A stretch of 64,000 bases of DNA from Dendrobates tinctorius (GCF_039654945.1 NW_027361690.1:116250001-116314000); one strand, 5' to 3'. Positions 22,107-36,087 are shown, numbered from the stretch's first letter. The notes: generated by a model from the letters alone, not told the origin. Translations and numbers: made by a program.

Positions 22107-22898
22107 GTACAAACATTATATGGGTTTTCTTGGTTCTGTGGCTGATTACGTTCACCTGCTTTTGATGGTAGATTTTTTTTTTTTTTTTATCCAATGTTTT
22201 CTTATAATGTTTGTGTGTATGTATATGGTACACACAGCACCTGTACAGACACACTGAGCGTGCGTGGCGTTAAATGCAGCAGAACACGAGGTCAGGGTTA
22301 GGCTGGATTCACACTTTCTTTTGTTGCTGCCCGAATATGGACCACAATCCTTAAACCAGCCACCGTTCCCCAGATCCGAACTTAATAGCCTCGTATATTC
22401 ATGTGCGCAGCCAGTTTGCGAATCAACGACTGTGACCAATGGATGTGGGAGTTCCGAGTTATATTGTTACACAGGATACTGGTCATAAAGGACTTTACAG
22501 CATCTAATCACTTATATCAAAACTGCATGCTCAGCTGCCTCCTGCTGGGGGCGCCTCACTAGTAAGGCTGTTGTCGTATGTAGTGAATTATTACTTGTGT
22601 ATGGTTACATATCTATCCATCCAGGACGGTGGCGTGGTTTATACTTTGATATTTCCCTCTTCTACACTGTGGCTTATGCTTTCTCCTTAGTGTGAGGGTG
22701 CCTGCACACTTGGAATGGCTGAAGCATGTTTGCCCCAATGGGGATAGGTGTCCACTGACACTTTTGCCCCTTTCAGGCAATTCTCATATTGCTTTTCTTG
22801 TAGGTAAGGAAGGGCTGGGCATGGTAAAGTCCCAAATGGAAGCTAGTTTCTGTAAACTATAAGTGAGAGCTTTGAGATGAATATGTTTTGGTTATCAG

Positions 22899-23002
22899 GT
22901 CACCCCGCAGGCACAGGTCCTCCTCCCTCTCACCTGGAAGAATTAAGGATGACAAGAAAGACGGTAAAGATTCCAAAGTGGTGAAGGAGCGGCAGATCGC
23001 AG
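22899..23002 (+). CDS. SNRNP27: SNRNP27 coding exon 3
   Basis: SPRRHRSSSLSPGRIKDDKKDGKDSKVVKERQIA; AG/GT. Confidence 0.93.
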
Positions 23003-24587
23003 GTGAGCTTGTGTAAAGTGATGACAAAAAGGAAGAAGTTCTATGTGACTGCGCCAGTGCTGGCAGATCCAAGAAATGGGAGTGCACGATCATGCAAAAA
23101 AAAAAAAAAATACTTGTTTTGTAGTGGTAGGGTTTAGGTGGTACAGTGCCGAAGGTTGCACAATAAAAATAAAGAGACTGTAATATATGTCAGAATTGTG
23201 TTACATGAAGTGCTCATATAAATGATCTGGGGCTTTTTGTACCAAAACAGCGAGATCAGGGATCAGCAACGTACTGCACATCAGTTGTGAACCTACAACT
23301 CGCGATGTGGCCTGACAACCTCATGCTGTAAGGGAATTCTCAGAGTTGTAGTTCTGCAACAGTGGGAGTACCGGAGGTTGCTGATCACTAAATTAGGTGA
23401 TGACATGAACTACAATGTTGTGACATGGCACGATCACATCTTGTCACAGTCATCCAACTATATCGCATCTCTGCATATGGTGTCAGAGGTTGGTGAGATC
23501 TCAGGAAGTGAAAAAGCACTTTAAATGTTGCAAAAACAGTATTTTTCTTCACCCAGCGATACTTTGATGAATAGCCTCTTCCTATTTGAACAGGAAGTTT
23601 GGGGAACACCGTTTTAAAAACACTGCTTTAAACTTTCTTGGCTTGCAATCAGAGTCTATAGTCACACAATGTGATTCCAGAATGACTTTTTTATTGTGCA
23701 CGATGTCACGATCCCATAGGTATTCCCTGTGCAAGCGGGCAGTCACTTGGCGGAATGTATGGGATTTGCAGTCACGTGAGGGAATGCGTGGGGATTTGCA
23801 GTCGCGTGGGGATTTGCAGTCGCGTGGCGGAATGCGTGGGGATTTGCAGTCACGGCACAACTAGACTTTTTCGGCTTCTCTGAAAATAAATGGATTGAGA
23901 GAATCAGATGAGCCTAGTGGGCCATGGCAATGTTGATTGTGTCCCAGGCTCAGACAAGCCTTTTAAGGGCTTGTTCACATGCAGTGTTTGTTTTGGGGGG
24001 CACAACAAACGCAGCATTTTACAGAGATAATGCTGTTAACCTGCAGAGTACCTGCCTGTCAGTTATTATGCTGTCCGACGCCTGCTCACATCCAACTGTA
24101 GCAGGGGAAAAAAGGATCTTCTCCCCACCAGCATTCGGTATTCAGTCATAGGGGTGGAGCCTCGCCGGTTCAGTCATGATCTGAGAAAGCAGAGCGGCCG
24201 CTGTAACTGCGCCCCCGACCCTTTGACAGCTGGCCACAATGTAGAGCCAGTGTCAGTCGGGCGCAGTTACTCAACCGGCCCTGCCCCTCTGACTGAATGG
24301 TGATGGGAAGCATAAAGATCATTTTCTCACCGCTGCATTCTTCTACGACCATACACCAGCCAGCATCATGGAGCTGTTAACCTCCAGACTAACCCCATAT
24401 CTACAGGTTAACAGCTTTATTTCTGGTGATTGCTTCCTTTTAAGATCAAATTGGCTTGGCTCCCCCAAAAACCATTTAAAAAGAAAAAAAGTACACAGTT
24501 TCCACTCTGGTTTTCTGGCCTTACACAGCAAAATGAAGTAAATAAGCTACATGTGAGTATACCCCAAAGTAGTATTCTCATCGTGTA

Positions 24588-24902
24588 CAGTGGCTTATAA
24601 ACGTTTGTGTACCCCTGGTCAAAATGACTGTTATTGTGAATAGATAAGCAAGTTGAAAAGAAAATGTCTAAAAGGCCTAAAGTTAAGATTACACATTTCC
24701 TTTGTATTTTATGAAAAAACCTACATATTTTCATCTTTTACACTTTAAAAAACACAAAAAGAAAATTGGGCTGATGCAAAAGTTTGAGCACCCTGCATGG
24801 TTAGTACCTAGTAGCGCCCCGTTTTGCAAGTATCGGCTTGTAAACACTTTTTGTAGCCAGAAGAGAGTCTTTCAATTCTTGTTTAAGGGATTTTCATCCA
24901 TT
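24588..24902. mobile_element. Tc1 left-end fragment (same family as 54788-61847)
   Basis: TA+cagtggc..cccctggtcaaaatgac and downstream similarity to 60480-60680. Confidence 0.7.
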
Positions 24903-25805
24903 GTGTATAAAAAATAATTATACAAAAGATTTTACAAAGGGGACAAAACAATACAACATGTACAGTTACATAAAATAGGATTAAAAAAGAAACTTACTAC
25001 GCTGATCAGATATGATTAAGCTTAGCGAAGGAGAGCACTTCGATTGAAAAATGTCCAATGACGGGAGTCATGCATACACTGATATGTATCTCTCTACATG
25101 AACACAGATCAAAATTCGCCTTGACCTTTTATCAGCACCTGAATTACACCCACATACCACACCCCTCTTGCTGACCTTGTGTGGGCAGGGTTATGGGATT
25201 CTGGATTTTATGAAATTCCCAACGTTAACAATATCTTCACTTCTGACAATCGCAGAAGCTCTAAATTGCTTCCATATTTTGTATTGGGATTTTACCTTTC
25301 CATAGATAGTAAGCATGACATGGCTGTTGGCAGCAATCTGACCACTATTGATTTGGGGCTCATAGGCAGGTGTCGGTTATGAGAAAATATGCATATTCTT
25401 ACCGTCCAGTCCTGAAGTTGAAGATGTATGTCTCATGAATATCGAATCTATACAACCCCTAATATTCATAACTTTCTGATGGAGACACCAAGTCTGAAGG
25501 AAGTTCTTTCACCATAACAACTTCATCCTGGAGGAACAGGATGAAGTTCATCTATAAATCTGTCTTCCTCACATAGACATCCTCTTTGGCACTGTAGGGG
25601 TCCACTGCCTAAAAAGAAGTATAAGGCTGGAGCTTCCTACATCTTAGGATTCCTCACTATGCCATATGTTATTTGTGTAATTCTACATCAAAAGAAGTTT
25701 AGAATGTCCGTTATTCCTACTGGAAAAGAGTGGTGGTGGGGGGCTTCATCTTAATATTTTCTGCACTGCGACCTGCAGCTTTCTAACCACCCACCGAGAC
25801 TGTAA

Positions 25806-26188
25806 AGGTGCTGTCACACTTGGCGATGTATCAACGATCCCGACCAGCGATATGACGCGGTCAGGATCGCTGGTGCATTGCTAAGCTGTCGCTAGTGAGC
25901 TGCCACACAGGCAGATCTCACCAGCGACATCGCAGCGGTCGGGGGTCGTTACTTACCTGTCAGACGAGGTGATCCTGATGTCCGCCCGCCCGCGTCCACG
26001 CGTCGCTCGTCGTCACAGCAGGAAGCTGACAAAGAGAAACGGTCCAGGACGTTCTCGCGCGATCAGCGATAACCAGCGGGGGAGCGGTCGGAGGTAAGTA
26101 TCAGACATAGCGATATCGCTATAACGTCACAAAAACCAGTGACGTTATAGCGATATTGCTAGCGATATCGCTTAGTGTGATAGGCCCT
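25806..26188. mobile_element. Harbinger MITE (inverted copy at 45238-45612)
   Basis: AGG..GTCACAC / GTGTGA..CCT ends, TWA flanks, internal identity to the second copy. Confidence 0.85.
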
Positions 26189-26317
26189 TTAGGCGTGCTT
26201 AGTAAGTGATTCCCCCAATTCTCGCCGTCTCTTCATTCTTGCTAAACTCCAGAATTCTCATGGTGATTTGTTTTCAAACCATGTATTTTTTTTATTTATT
26301 TTTTTAATTCTGTACAG

Positions 26318-26397
26318 CGGAGGATCTCGAAGGGAAAACTGAAGAGGAGATAGAAATGATGAAGTTGATGGGTTTTAGCACATTCGATACCACCAAG
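26318..26397 (+). CDS. SNRNP27: SNRNP27 coding exon 4
   Basis: [26 protein letters not shown]; AG/GT. Confidence 0.96.
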
Positions 26398-26664
26398 GTA
26401 ATGCAATTCTAGTATTTTATTAGTGTTCTATCAATTTTGTCACAGCCCATTACCTTGTGTTTATGATTTGTTGCCTTGCACCCTAAGGGTAAATTGACTC
26501 AGGACATAAAATCCCCAGCGGAATAAGTAGCATTCAAAATGGATTACATTTTAACGGATCTCTTCCAAGTACTGTAAAAAATTTGCAGCATGGAAATTAG
26601 CCTGCATTAGTGTTCCTTCATATTGTTAAATCTGAGTTTCTTCACTTTCTTTGCTCTTTTTCAG

Positions 26665-26729
26665 GGAAAGAAAGTAGATGGATCTGTTAATGCATATGCC
26701 ATAAATGTGTCACAAAAACGAAAATATAG
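26665..26729 (+). CDS. SNRNP27: SNRNP27 coding exon 5
   Basis: [22 protein letters not shown]; AG/GT. Confidence 0.96.
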
Positions 26730-29149
26730 GTAAGTTCACATCTGTGTACAGAGCTTAACATATCCACTAAACAATGGCATTAACTACTTTGGACAGTGTG
26801 TTTCTACAGTTCTGGCAAAAATGAAGAAACCACTGCAAAATGTTCAGTTTGTCGGAATTTTCTCTTTATAGGTATATTTTTGAGTAAAATGTAACTTGTT
26901 CTTTTAGTATAAAAATATCTGACAACATGTCTCCGAATTTCCAAGCAATAATTTTTTTTTTTTTTTTTTCCCTGTAAAGGAGAAATGTTAAAAAAAACAA
27001 CAAACAAAAAACAGTGCTTTCAGACCTCAAATAATGGAAAGAAAACAAGTTCATAATCATTTAGAAACAACAATACTAATGTTTTTAACTCAGGAAGCGT
27101 TCAGAAATCAATATTTTGTGGAATAACCATTATTTCTCTCACTCATAACAGCACTATGGAGAGAGGGGATCCGCCCATCAAGGACAGGAACCTACAGATA
27201 AAAAGGGCGGCACCTCTCCTCCATCCCCAGTTGGGTTCCTGTCCTTGACGGGTGACCTATAGAACTAGCGGCAGCAGCTTACCTGAGGAACATCCAGGGC
27301 CGTCCTGTCCGTGGTCTTGACAGCAGGGAGGCCCCTGTCGCGGCGGGGTCGGTTCCTGAAGCCGCTGCAGCTGACGGGCTCGAAATGGTGAGTAGGAGGA
27401 GGGAGAGGACCGGGCCGCCGCTCCGGAAAGAAAGCTGGGGCCGGGGGAGACCCGGTACATGTGCGGACAGCGCCATGGTACAGAGGTGTACCAATATGGC
27501 GCTGCCCCGGAAATGGAGAAGATGACTTCCGGGTCCCCGCGGTCGGCGCAGGCGCACTGCGCTCTCCCCGGGCAGAGAACGGTGCAGGCTGGGAGAGGAG
27601 GTGACGTCACAGGCCGGGAAATTTGAAAAAGGAAGCGCTGGAACCACTCCTCGCTGGAAGCGTCCTGTAAGTATGGAGGATAGCGACCAGCAAGAGGAGC
27701 AGCCCGAGCAGCAGCTGAAGTAGCAACCGAAGCAGCAGCACAGGCTGCAGCAATACCACCATCACCGGCAAAAGGAGGACAGGCGTGAGGGCCGGTCCAG
27801 TAGCCACTCCACGCAGTGCAGCAGGTCGGCTGCAAGGAGCAAGTCACCATCTTTGGATCAGCCCGTGCGGGACCTGAATCCACCTTCCGAAACGGTACAT
27901 GCAACCGCGCATACCTGGGTGAATGGTCTACGTGAATGTTCCCCATTATCAGGGAAAGAAGAAAAAACAAAGAACAGGGAATGCCGCACCTGTAGCAGAG
28001 CTCTACCAATCTCTTGGGATAAGAAGCTCTGCGAATCCTGCATACAGGAAGTTCTCTGTGATGAAACCACGGATTATGCCTCGGATCTAAGAGCTGTAAT
28101 CTGATCGGAGTTTCAGAGTGCCCTTTCATCCCTGAAACAAAGGGGGAAAGCTAAAAGGAGGGACGTCGTAGAGGGTTCCCAGTCACAGATCTCGACGTCA
28201 GGGGAGGTTACCTCACAGACTTCGGACACCGACTCGTCATCCTCAGACGAAGAAACGGGGGGCCGTCACTGTTTTCCCCTAGATGAGGTAGACATGTTAG
28301 TAAAGGCAGTAAGGTCTAACATGGGGGTGGCAGACCCTCGGCCTGATAGATCAGTCCAGGACATAATGTTTGGGGGACTGGGCCAAAAGAAGCGCAGTGT
28401 TCCTGCTAAACGAGAATGATAAAAAAAAATGATTGGGAAAAACCGGATAGGAAAAACTCCACGGTCCCTTCCCTTAAGAGGAAATATCCATTCGAGGAGG
28501 AGGCGTCCACATCTTGGGACAAAGCCCCGAAACTAGACGTAGCGGTCGCCAAGGCCTCAAAATTTTGCACTCCCCTTTGAGGACATGGGCACTCTAAAAG
28601 ACCCCTTAGATAAAAAGGCCGATACCTTCCTCAAGGGCACTTGGGAATCAGCGGGGGGAAAGCTTAGGCCAGCCATAGCGGCAACATGTACCTCCAGAGC
28701 CCTCATGGTATGGGTGGATCAACTAGAGAAACAGTTAAGGGAAGGTACACCCAGGGAGAAGATCCTGGAATCCATTCCAGTAATAAGGGGAGCGGCGGCC
28801 TTCTTAGCAGACTCATCAGCTGATACAGTGAGGTAATCGTCCAAAGTGGCAGCCCTGTGAAACGCAGCCCGAAGAGATAGATGAAGCTATGCTCGATCCC
28901 CTGCGAAGGAAAATTCCTATTCGGAGAGACACTGGATGACATCCTCCAAAAGGCAGGGGATAAAAAGAAGGGATTCCCAAACCTGGGTCCTACAGGTTTT
29001 AATTAGTCCTTTTGTAACAAAAAGTTTTTTCAAAAGAGACCCCCAAGGGAACAGAAATGGGATGACAGGAGGAGAGAGAGGGGTTTTTTCTTCGGTAACT
29101 CGTTCCGAGACAAAAAACCCTCCAAGTGACTATTTGCCCAGGGTGGGAG

Positions 29150-32100
29150 GGAGGGAGGCTAAGCCTTTTTCTTCCAGCCTGGAGGAAAATATCGAACAAT
29201 CCTTGGTTATTAAATCTGATCGGATCAGGCCTGAGGATAGCCTTTCTCTCTCTCCCACCTAAAAATACGTGGTAACTCCACTAAGATTTTCTATATGAGA
29301 ACAAAAAGCTCTCGAAAAAGAGGTCCTAAGCTTACTAAGCAAAAGAGTCCTCCAGCAGGCTCCCCTGCAGGAGAGGGGCAGAGGGTTCTATTCCCCTCTT
29401 TTTCTGGTGACCAAACCGGATGGTACCTTCCGGACAATTATAAATCTAAAAAGACTAAACGATTACGTCAGAAACCAGAAGTTCAAAATGGAGTCGATCA
29501 AGTCAACCACCAAAATTCTCTTCCCACATTGCTTCATGACAGTATTAGATCTCAGCGACACGTGCTATCACGTCCCCATCCACATAGACTCCCGAAAATA
29601 CCTCAGACTGGTGGTCTCTATAGAGGGCGAGATAAAGGAGTTTCAGTACAGGGCCCTACCATTTGGAATTTCTATAGCCCCACGAGTTTTCACAAAATTA
29701 GTAGCAAAAATGATGGCCCACCTAAGAGAGCAGGATATTTTAATAATCCCATATTTGGATGACTTTTTAATAGCAAGCAACTCGGCCCAAAAATGCAGGG
29801 AACAGAGGGACAGAGTAATAAACACTCTACAGAACCTTGGCTGGCTTCTAAACCTGAAAAAATCGAGGTTGGAGCCCAGCAAAGTTCAGGAGTTCCTAGG
29901 ACTAACACTGGACTCAAACACCCAAGAGTGTTACCTTCCGAACCGCAAAAAAGAGAAAATTGCGCAAATGGTAGCAAGACGCTAAGAAAATCGATGTCAC
30001 TATTAGGGTCCCTCTCCGCCTGTCTGCCGGCAGTCCAATGGGCACAGCTCCAGTCATATGTTAAAGTTTGGGCACCCCTATTAATGTTAACCTTTTTTCT
30101 TTATAACAATTTTGGTTTTTGCAACAGCTATTTCCGTTTCATATATCTAATAACTGATGGACTCAGTTATATTTCTGGATTCAAATGAGGTTTATTGTAC
30201 TAACAGAAAATGTGCAATCTGCATTTAAACAAAATTTGACCGGTGCAAAAGTATGGGCACCTCAACATAAAAGTGACATTAATATTTCGTAGATCCTCCT
30301 TTTGCAAAAATAACAGCCTCTAGTCGCTTCCTGTAGCTATCAATGAGTTCCTGGATGAAGGTATTTGTGACCATTCCTGTTTACAAAACAATTTCAGTTC
30401 AGTTAAGTTTGATGGTCGCCGAGCATGGACAGCCCACTTCAAATCATCCCACAGATGTTCAATGATATTCAGGTCTGGGGACTGGGATGGCCATACCAGA
30501 ACATTGTAATTGTTCCTCCTGCATGAATGCCTGAGTAGATTTGGAGCGGTGTTTTGGATCATTGTCTTGCTGAAATATCCATCCCCTGCGTAGCTTCAAC
30601 TTCGTCACTGATTCTTGCACATTATTGTCAAGAATCTGCTGATACTGAGTTGAATCCATGCGACCCTCAACTTTAACAAGATTCCTGGTGCCGACATTGG
30701 CCACACAGCCCCAAAGCATAATGATGGAACCTCCACCAAATTTTACTGTGGGTAGCAAGTGGTTTTTCTTGGAATGCTGTGTTTTTTAGCCTCCATACAT
30801 AACGCCTTTTTGTATGACCAAACAACTCAATCTTTGTTTCATCAGTCCACAGGACCTTCTTCCAAAATGTAACTGGCTTGTCCAAATGTGCTTTTGCATA
30901 CCTCAGGCGACTGTTTGTGGCGTGCTTGCAGAAAGACTTCTTTCGCATCACTCTCCCATACAGCTTCTCCTTGTGCAAAGTGCACTGTATTGCTGACCGA
31001 TGCACAGTGACACCATCTGCAGCAAGATGATGCTGGAGGTCTTTGGAGGTGGTCTGTGGATTGTCCTTGACTGTTCTCACCATTCTTCTTCTCTGCCTTT
31101 CTGATATTTTTCTTGGCCTGCCACTTCTGGGCTTAACAAAAACTGTACCTGTGTTCTTCCATTTCCTTACTATGTTCCTCACAGTGGAAACTGACAGGTT
31201 AAATCTCTGAGACAACTTTTTGTATCCTTCGCCTGAAAAGCTATGTTGAATCATCTTTGTTTTTCAGATCATTTGAGAGTTGTTTTGAGGAGCCCATGAT
31301 GCCACTCTTCATACGAGAATCAAATAGGAGAACTACTTGCAAGTGGCCACCGTAAATACCTTTTCTCATGATTTGATACACCTGGCTATGAAGTTCAAAG
31401 CTCAATGAGGTTACAAAACCAATTTAGTGCTTCAGTAAGTCAGTAAAAAGTAGTTAGGAGTGTTCAAATCAAGAAAAGGATAAGGGTGCCCATACTTTTG
31501 TACCGGTCATATTTTGTTTAAATGCAGATTGCACATTTTCTGTTAGTACAATAAACCCCATTTGAATCCAGAAATATAACTGAGTCCATCAGTTATAAGA
31601 TATATGAAACTGAAATAGCTGTTGCAAAAACCAAAATTGTTATAAAGAAAAAAGGTTAACATTAATAGGGGTGCCCAAACTTTAACATATGACTGTACAT
31701 ACGAGAGACCTCCAATGGGATGTATTAGCCAACCAGTTAGCATTAGCAGGTCACTTGGAAGGTCATGTTACCCTAGACTCCAAAACTATTCATTCCCTAG
31801 CTTGGTGGGAAAACAGAAACAACCTATCCAAAAGGATTTTCTGGGTAATAAAAATCACACACATAATGCCAGTCCCACGGGATGGGGAGCACATATGAGC
31901 AACAAGGTGGCTCAGGGGGAATGGGGAGGTCAGGAATTAGAAGCCTCCTCGAACCAAAAAGAACTCTTGGTAGAAAGTGAGTTAGGGCATAACTTACTAT
32001 CTGTGCTGCGAGGTAATCACGTCCGCATATTTTTGGACAATCAAGTGATGGTGGCCTACATAAATCACCAGGGGGGAACCAGGTCCCGGGCACTAATGAA

Positions 32101-32643
32101 CACATCCTCCAAAATCCTCACCCTAGCCGAGACAAACCTACTATCCCTCTCTGCACTGCACATACGGGGAACAGAAAACCAGAGAGCAGACTTTCTGAGT
32201 CGCACCCAGTTGCGCCAGGGAGAATGGGTCCTAAAACAGTCCATTTTTCGGCAGATTATAGAAATGTGGGGAACCCCAGGCATAGATCTGTTTGCGAACC
32301 AAAAAACAAAAAAGTGGAAGCATTTTGTTCCCTGGACCCCAGGGGAAATCCCCGGGCCCTGGATGCGTTTATGCTCCCGTGGACACAGGGCCTAACGTAT
32401 ACCTTTCCGCCGATCATTCTCATCCCGGCGGTTATAAGAAAAGTCAGAGAGGACAGAGCAAGAATAATACTAATGGCCCCCTTCTGGTCCAAAAGAACTT
32501 GGTTTTCCTGGCTGAGAATGCTGTCAATAACCCACCCTTGGGTCCTACCAGATCTCCCGGACCTACTGTCTCAGGGACCAGTGTTACACCCTCGGGCAGT
32601 GAACCTCCATTTAACAGCATGGAATTTGAAAGGGCACTGCTGA
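29150..32643 (+). pseudogene. DIRS RT-RNase H-methyltransferase-like ORF, interrupted by Tc1
   Basis: KPDGTFRTIINLK, LPFGISIAPRVFTK, PYLDDFL, NASPTGWGAH, DNQVMVAYINHQGGTRS, NQRADFLSR, DLFA..DAF..YTFPP. Confidence 0.9.
30051..31695 (-). mobile_element. Tc1 transposon with ~210-bp TIRs; DD34E transposase pseudogene ~30279-31297
   Basis: cagtcatatgttaaagtttgggcacccc at both ends (inverted); WTDETK, QQDNDPKH, SPDLNIIEHLW; host reads AQL|HTR across it. Confidence 0.93.
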
Positions 32644-33464
32644 GGGAAAGAGGGTTCTCTGAAAACCTGGTCTCTACATTACAAAAGAGTAGGAAACCGA
32701 TCACGACGAGAACCTATGGGAGAACTTGGAGATTTCTGTCCACCTCCGGGGCAAGGGTTCAGGATGGAGTCCAGATTGACAAAATTCTCGAGTTTCTGCA
32801 GAGGGGCTTAGAACGGGGGCTGGCGACTAACACATTGAAGGTACAGATAGCGGCCCTAGGTGCCCTTTATAACCAGGACGTGGCAGGCAACCCTTGGGTA
32901 GCACGGTTTATTAGGGCCGCAGCCAGGTCTAGACCAATAATTGCCCAGAAATTACCATCATGGGATCTAAATCTAGTTCTATCTGCACTAACAGGCCCCC
33001 CATTTGAACCCATCCAGTCAGCACCCCTAAAAACCTTGTCATTGAGAACTGTACTTCTAGTGGCCCTAACATCGACTCGCAGGGTGAGTGATATTCAAGC
33101 TCTGTCAGCAGCGCCACAGTTTACTAAAATTCTAGACGATAGAGTCATATTGAAACCTGACCCGGCATATCTACCAAAGGTGGCAACACACTTTCATAGG
33201 TCCCATGAAGTAGTCCTTCCTTCCTTCTGCCCAAATCCTAGGAATAGGGGAGAGGAGAGATTTCACACCCTAGATGTGAAGAGGTGCCTAGTTTAGTACT
33301 TAGTGGCCACCAAGGGATGTAGGAAGGAAGGCTCTCTTTGTGTGTTTCCAGGGACCTCGGAAGGGACTCAAGGCATCTAAGAGTACCCTGGCAAGGTGGA
33401 TAAGGGATGCGATTGCCCTGGCATATTCATCCAATGGGAATACCATCCCGGAGGGTTTGAAAGC
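32620..33464 (+). pseudogene. DIRS tyrosine recombinase, C-terminally truncated
   Basis: WDLNLVL, LVALTSTRRVSDIQAL, FHTLDVKRCL*, LARWIRDAI; breaks off at GLKA before the HSTR motif. Confidence 0.85.
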
Positions 33465-34090
33465 AACCAACTGTAACCAACTGGGGGCGGAGGAGAGGTG
33501 CCACCCTTTTTATCTGTAGGTTCCTGTCCTTGATGGGCAGATCCCCTCTCTCCGTGGTGCTGTCATGGGTTCCGAGAAACACCGTTATCGGTGAGTAACT
33601 AAGGTATTTTAATCACAGCTTTCATGCGTCTTGGCATGCTTTCCACCAGTCTTTCACACTGCTTCTGGCCCAAAAATGTAAGCAGTTCTTCTTTGATGGC
33701 TTGTGACTATACATCATCCTCTTGATTACATTGGAGAGGTTTTCAATGGAGTTCAGGTCTGGAGAATGGGCTGCCCATGACAGGGATTTGATGTGGTGGT
33801 CTCTTAATTTTTGCCAGAGCCGTATAGTTGTCCTCCGATTTATAAGATGCTGGCGCCCCTAGAGCTCGTTCATTATCTGGGGAACCATTTGGCTTTATGG
33901 CGCTGTCATTAGCCTGGCTGAGAATCTGAACCAGGCTCCTCCTGCAACGATTGGGATCAGAGATTGGACACTTGTCCTCTGTAAAATGGAATACAAAAAT
34001 AATCAAAATGTCATATCTGCCCCACATAGTACCAATGAAAACAGCCCATCCCACAAACAACCCTGACAAACAGCAATCCTGATGCTTTGA

Positions 34091-34232
34091 TTTCTCCTTC
34101 GCCTCATTGGGGGACACAGGACCATGCGTGTTTGATGCTGCTGCTAGGAGGCTGACACTAAGTGAATACAGAAAGATTAGCTCCTCCTCTGCAGTATACA
34201 CCCACACACTGGCTCCAGCTGAACCAATGCAT
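34091..34232 (+). mobile_element. Left-terminal fragment of a second DIRS family
   Basis: tttctccttcgcctcattgggggacacagg start resembles amphibian DIRS left ITRs. Confidence 0.5.
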
Positions 34233-34867
34233 GCTTAGTGTCTGGATTTTTTTTTTCTTTACTGTGTGTATTCGCTATGTTTTTTTTTTTTTTTTTAATT
34301 TCTGGGGAAAAAATGTTTTAAAATTATTTTTTAAAAATTTTCAAAAAAGTTTTCTTTTTTTTAAATGTAATACTTACCTTTTTAGACTCCGTACAAGACT
34401 TGAGCCTGCCATTGTGATATATACTGCAATACTATAGTAATGCTGTGTGTGTTGAAAGTAACAATCCTCTATGAAGCTGAGCCTGTGGTTAGGATTCACA
34501 GGAGCACAGACATGACAGTCGTGTGTGCCTTCAGCAGACCTCTCGATGCCATGATAACATTTCGGCACCCTGTGATCATGTCAAGACGAGCCAATGGGTG
34601 CTATAATGGACGACCCGTAAGGTCACTTGCTTAAATGCTGCTGTCAGAGAATGACACAGCCGGCATCTCTGGACATGGTGTAGACTCAGCTCCTGAGCCT
34701 GCCATACTCACTGCCTCCACAGTATTATGTTTTAGTACGTCATGGTGCTGGAAGGAATTAAACCCCAAGTGGTGCCTTATTGTGCAAGAAAATGTTAATT
34801 CTTCATTGGATCATTTTTTGACTATTACATTTCTAATATTTCTCTTTTTTTTAAAAATCATCTATAC

Positions 34868-34958
34868 CAGGGGTGCACAACATTTTTTTTTTTTTTTTTT
34901 TTGGCCAAAGGGTCACATTACCATACTGAACCAATCCCAAGGGCCTCAGTTTGTTGTT

Positions 34959-35010
<52 letters not shown>

Positions 35011-36033
35011 CTATACTTGCATGAATACATTACGAGAGCCAATTTGGAGTGTTTGAGAATGATTTTGAGAGTTTCTGCTAAAAAAAAAAAAATCAGTGTA
35101 AACACAGCATCAGAACCACAATCAGTACATGAATGTAGCACCAAACTTAGTACAGTGATCAATTGTAATATCAGGTCAAACCCATATATATTTGAATTGC
35201 ATTAACCTACAATACCCAGTATGTCCTTAACAAGGAGATGCTTGGAGTTATCATCAGACTGCGGCTTATACAGGAGCCATAGCACTGATGAGACACGGGC
35301 AGTATCACAAATAAACATTTACATCCAGGTACCTTGTAAGTGACATCTTCTCTGTTTAACGTTGTTCTCATCCCTTTTATCTCCATGTAGCCATTATGAG
35401 ATTTCATGCTTCTCTCTCCAGACTTGCCTTTTCTTCGTTTTCAGCAGCACATCCCGACACGGAGCCTCTAAAACTAAAAGTACCATTATACTGCTCTATA
35501 ACTAAAAATATCTCCCATGCTCTGCCCCTGAATAAATTTGTCTTACTGTGCTTTCTGCACAAAATACCCCCCTGCAAACACACAGTGCCCTTCTCTGAAA
35601 TATCCCCCTGCCCATTTCCAAAATGTCCCACCTACACTGCCCATTTCTATAATGCTTTTCCACACACTGCCGCTCTTCAAAATACTCCCCCATGCTTCCC
35701 CTCTATAATATACCCCCCCAGACACACTGCATTTCTCCATATCCCCCCCCACTCTGCCCAGCTGTAAAACTCCCCCACTACCCCTTGCTATACTATGCAT
35801 TATGTGCCTTTGTGGTAAGACTACCCTTTCCTGCCTTGGCCCCTCATCTAAAATAACATGACAATTAATCTTCGGCTCTTTCACGGAGCACTTACCAGAG
35901 CCCAACGTCTCCTCTGCCTGTGGAATGCTGGCAGCAGTACGAAGACGTCAGCAGCGTGCTGACCTCATCACGCTGTGGCATGTCGAGGCAGGGGTACAAC
36001 AACATTCAACAGGCCGCATGTTGTGCAGGCCTG
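34868..36033. mobile_element. Non-autonomous hAT element
   Basis: TIR CAGGGGTGCACAACAT / ATGTTGTGCAGGCCTG; 8-bp TSD ATCTATAC / ATCTACAC. Confidence 0.8.
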
Positions 36034-36087
36034 ATCTACACAATGAGTATGATGATAAAAAAAATCTATATAGATATATATTTATAA

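Larger units (their letters stand above)
27133..33609 (+). mobile_element. DIRS1-type tyrosine-recombinase retrotransposon, degenerate
   Basis: Inverted terminal repeats ~27133-27235 and ~33478-33580 plus 3' extension; gag-like, RT, RNase H, MT-like and YR remnants; TTT junctions. Confidence 0.92.
26807..33822. mobile_element. Internally deleted Tc1 derivative split by the DIRS insertion
   Basis: TA-cagttctggcaaaaat..accac and gtggtctcttaatttttgccagagccg-TA TIRs; host sequence rejoins across ~27135/33610. Confidence 0.8.

Noticed and set aside
24905-25740. Possible old L1/Tx1 remnant (also ~52860-53500)
   Set aside because: Composition is suggestive, but I could not read convincing motifs
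27257-28129. 290-aa minus-strand ORF
   Set aside because: Antisense to the GC-rich DIRS 5' region and gag; no recognisable domain
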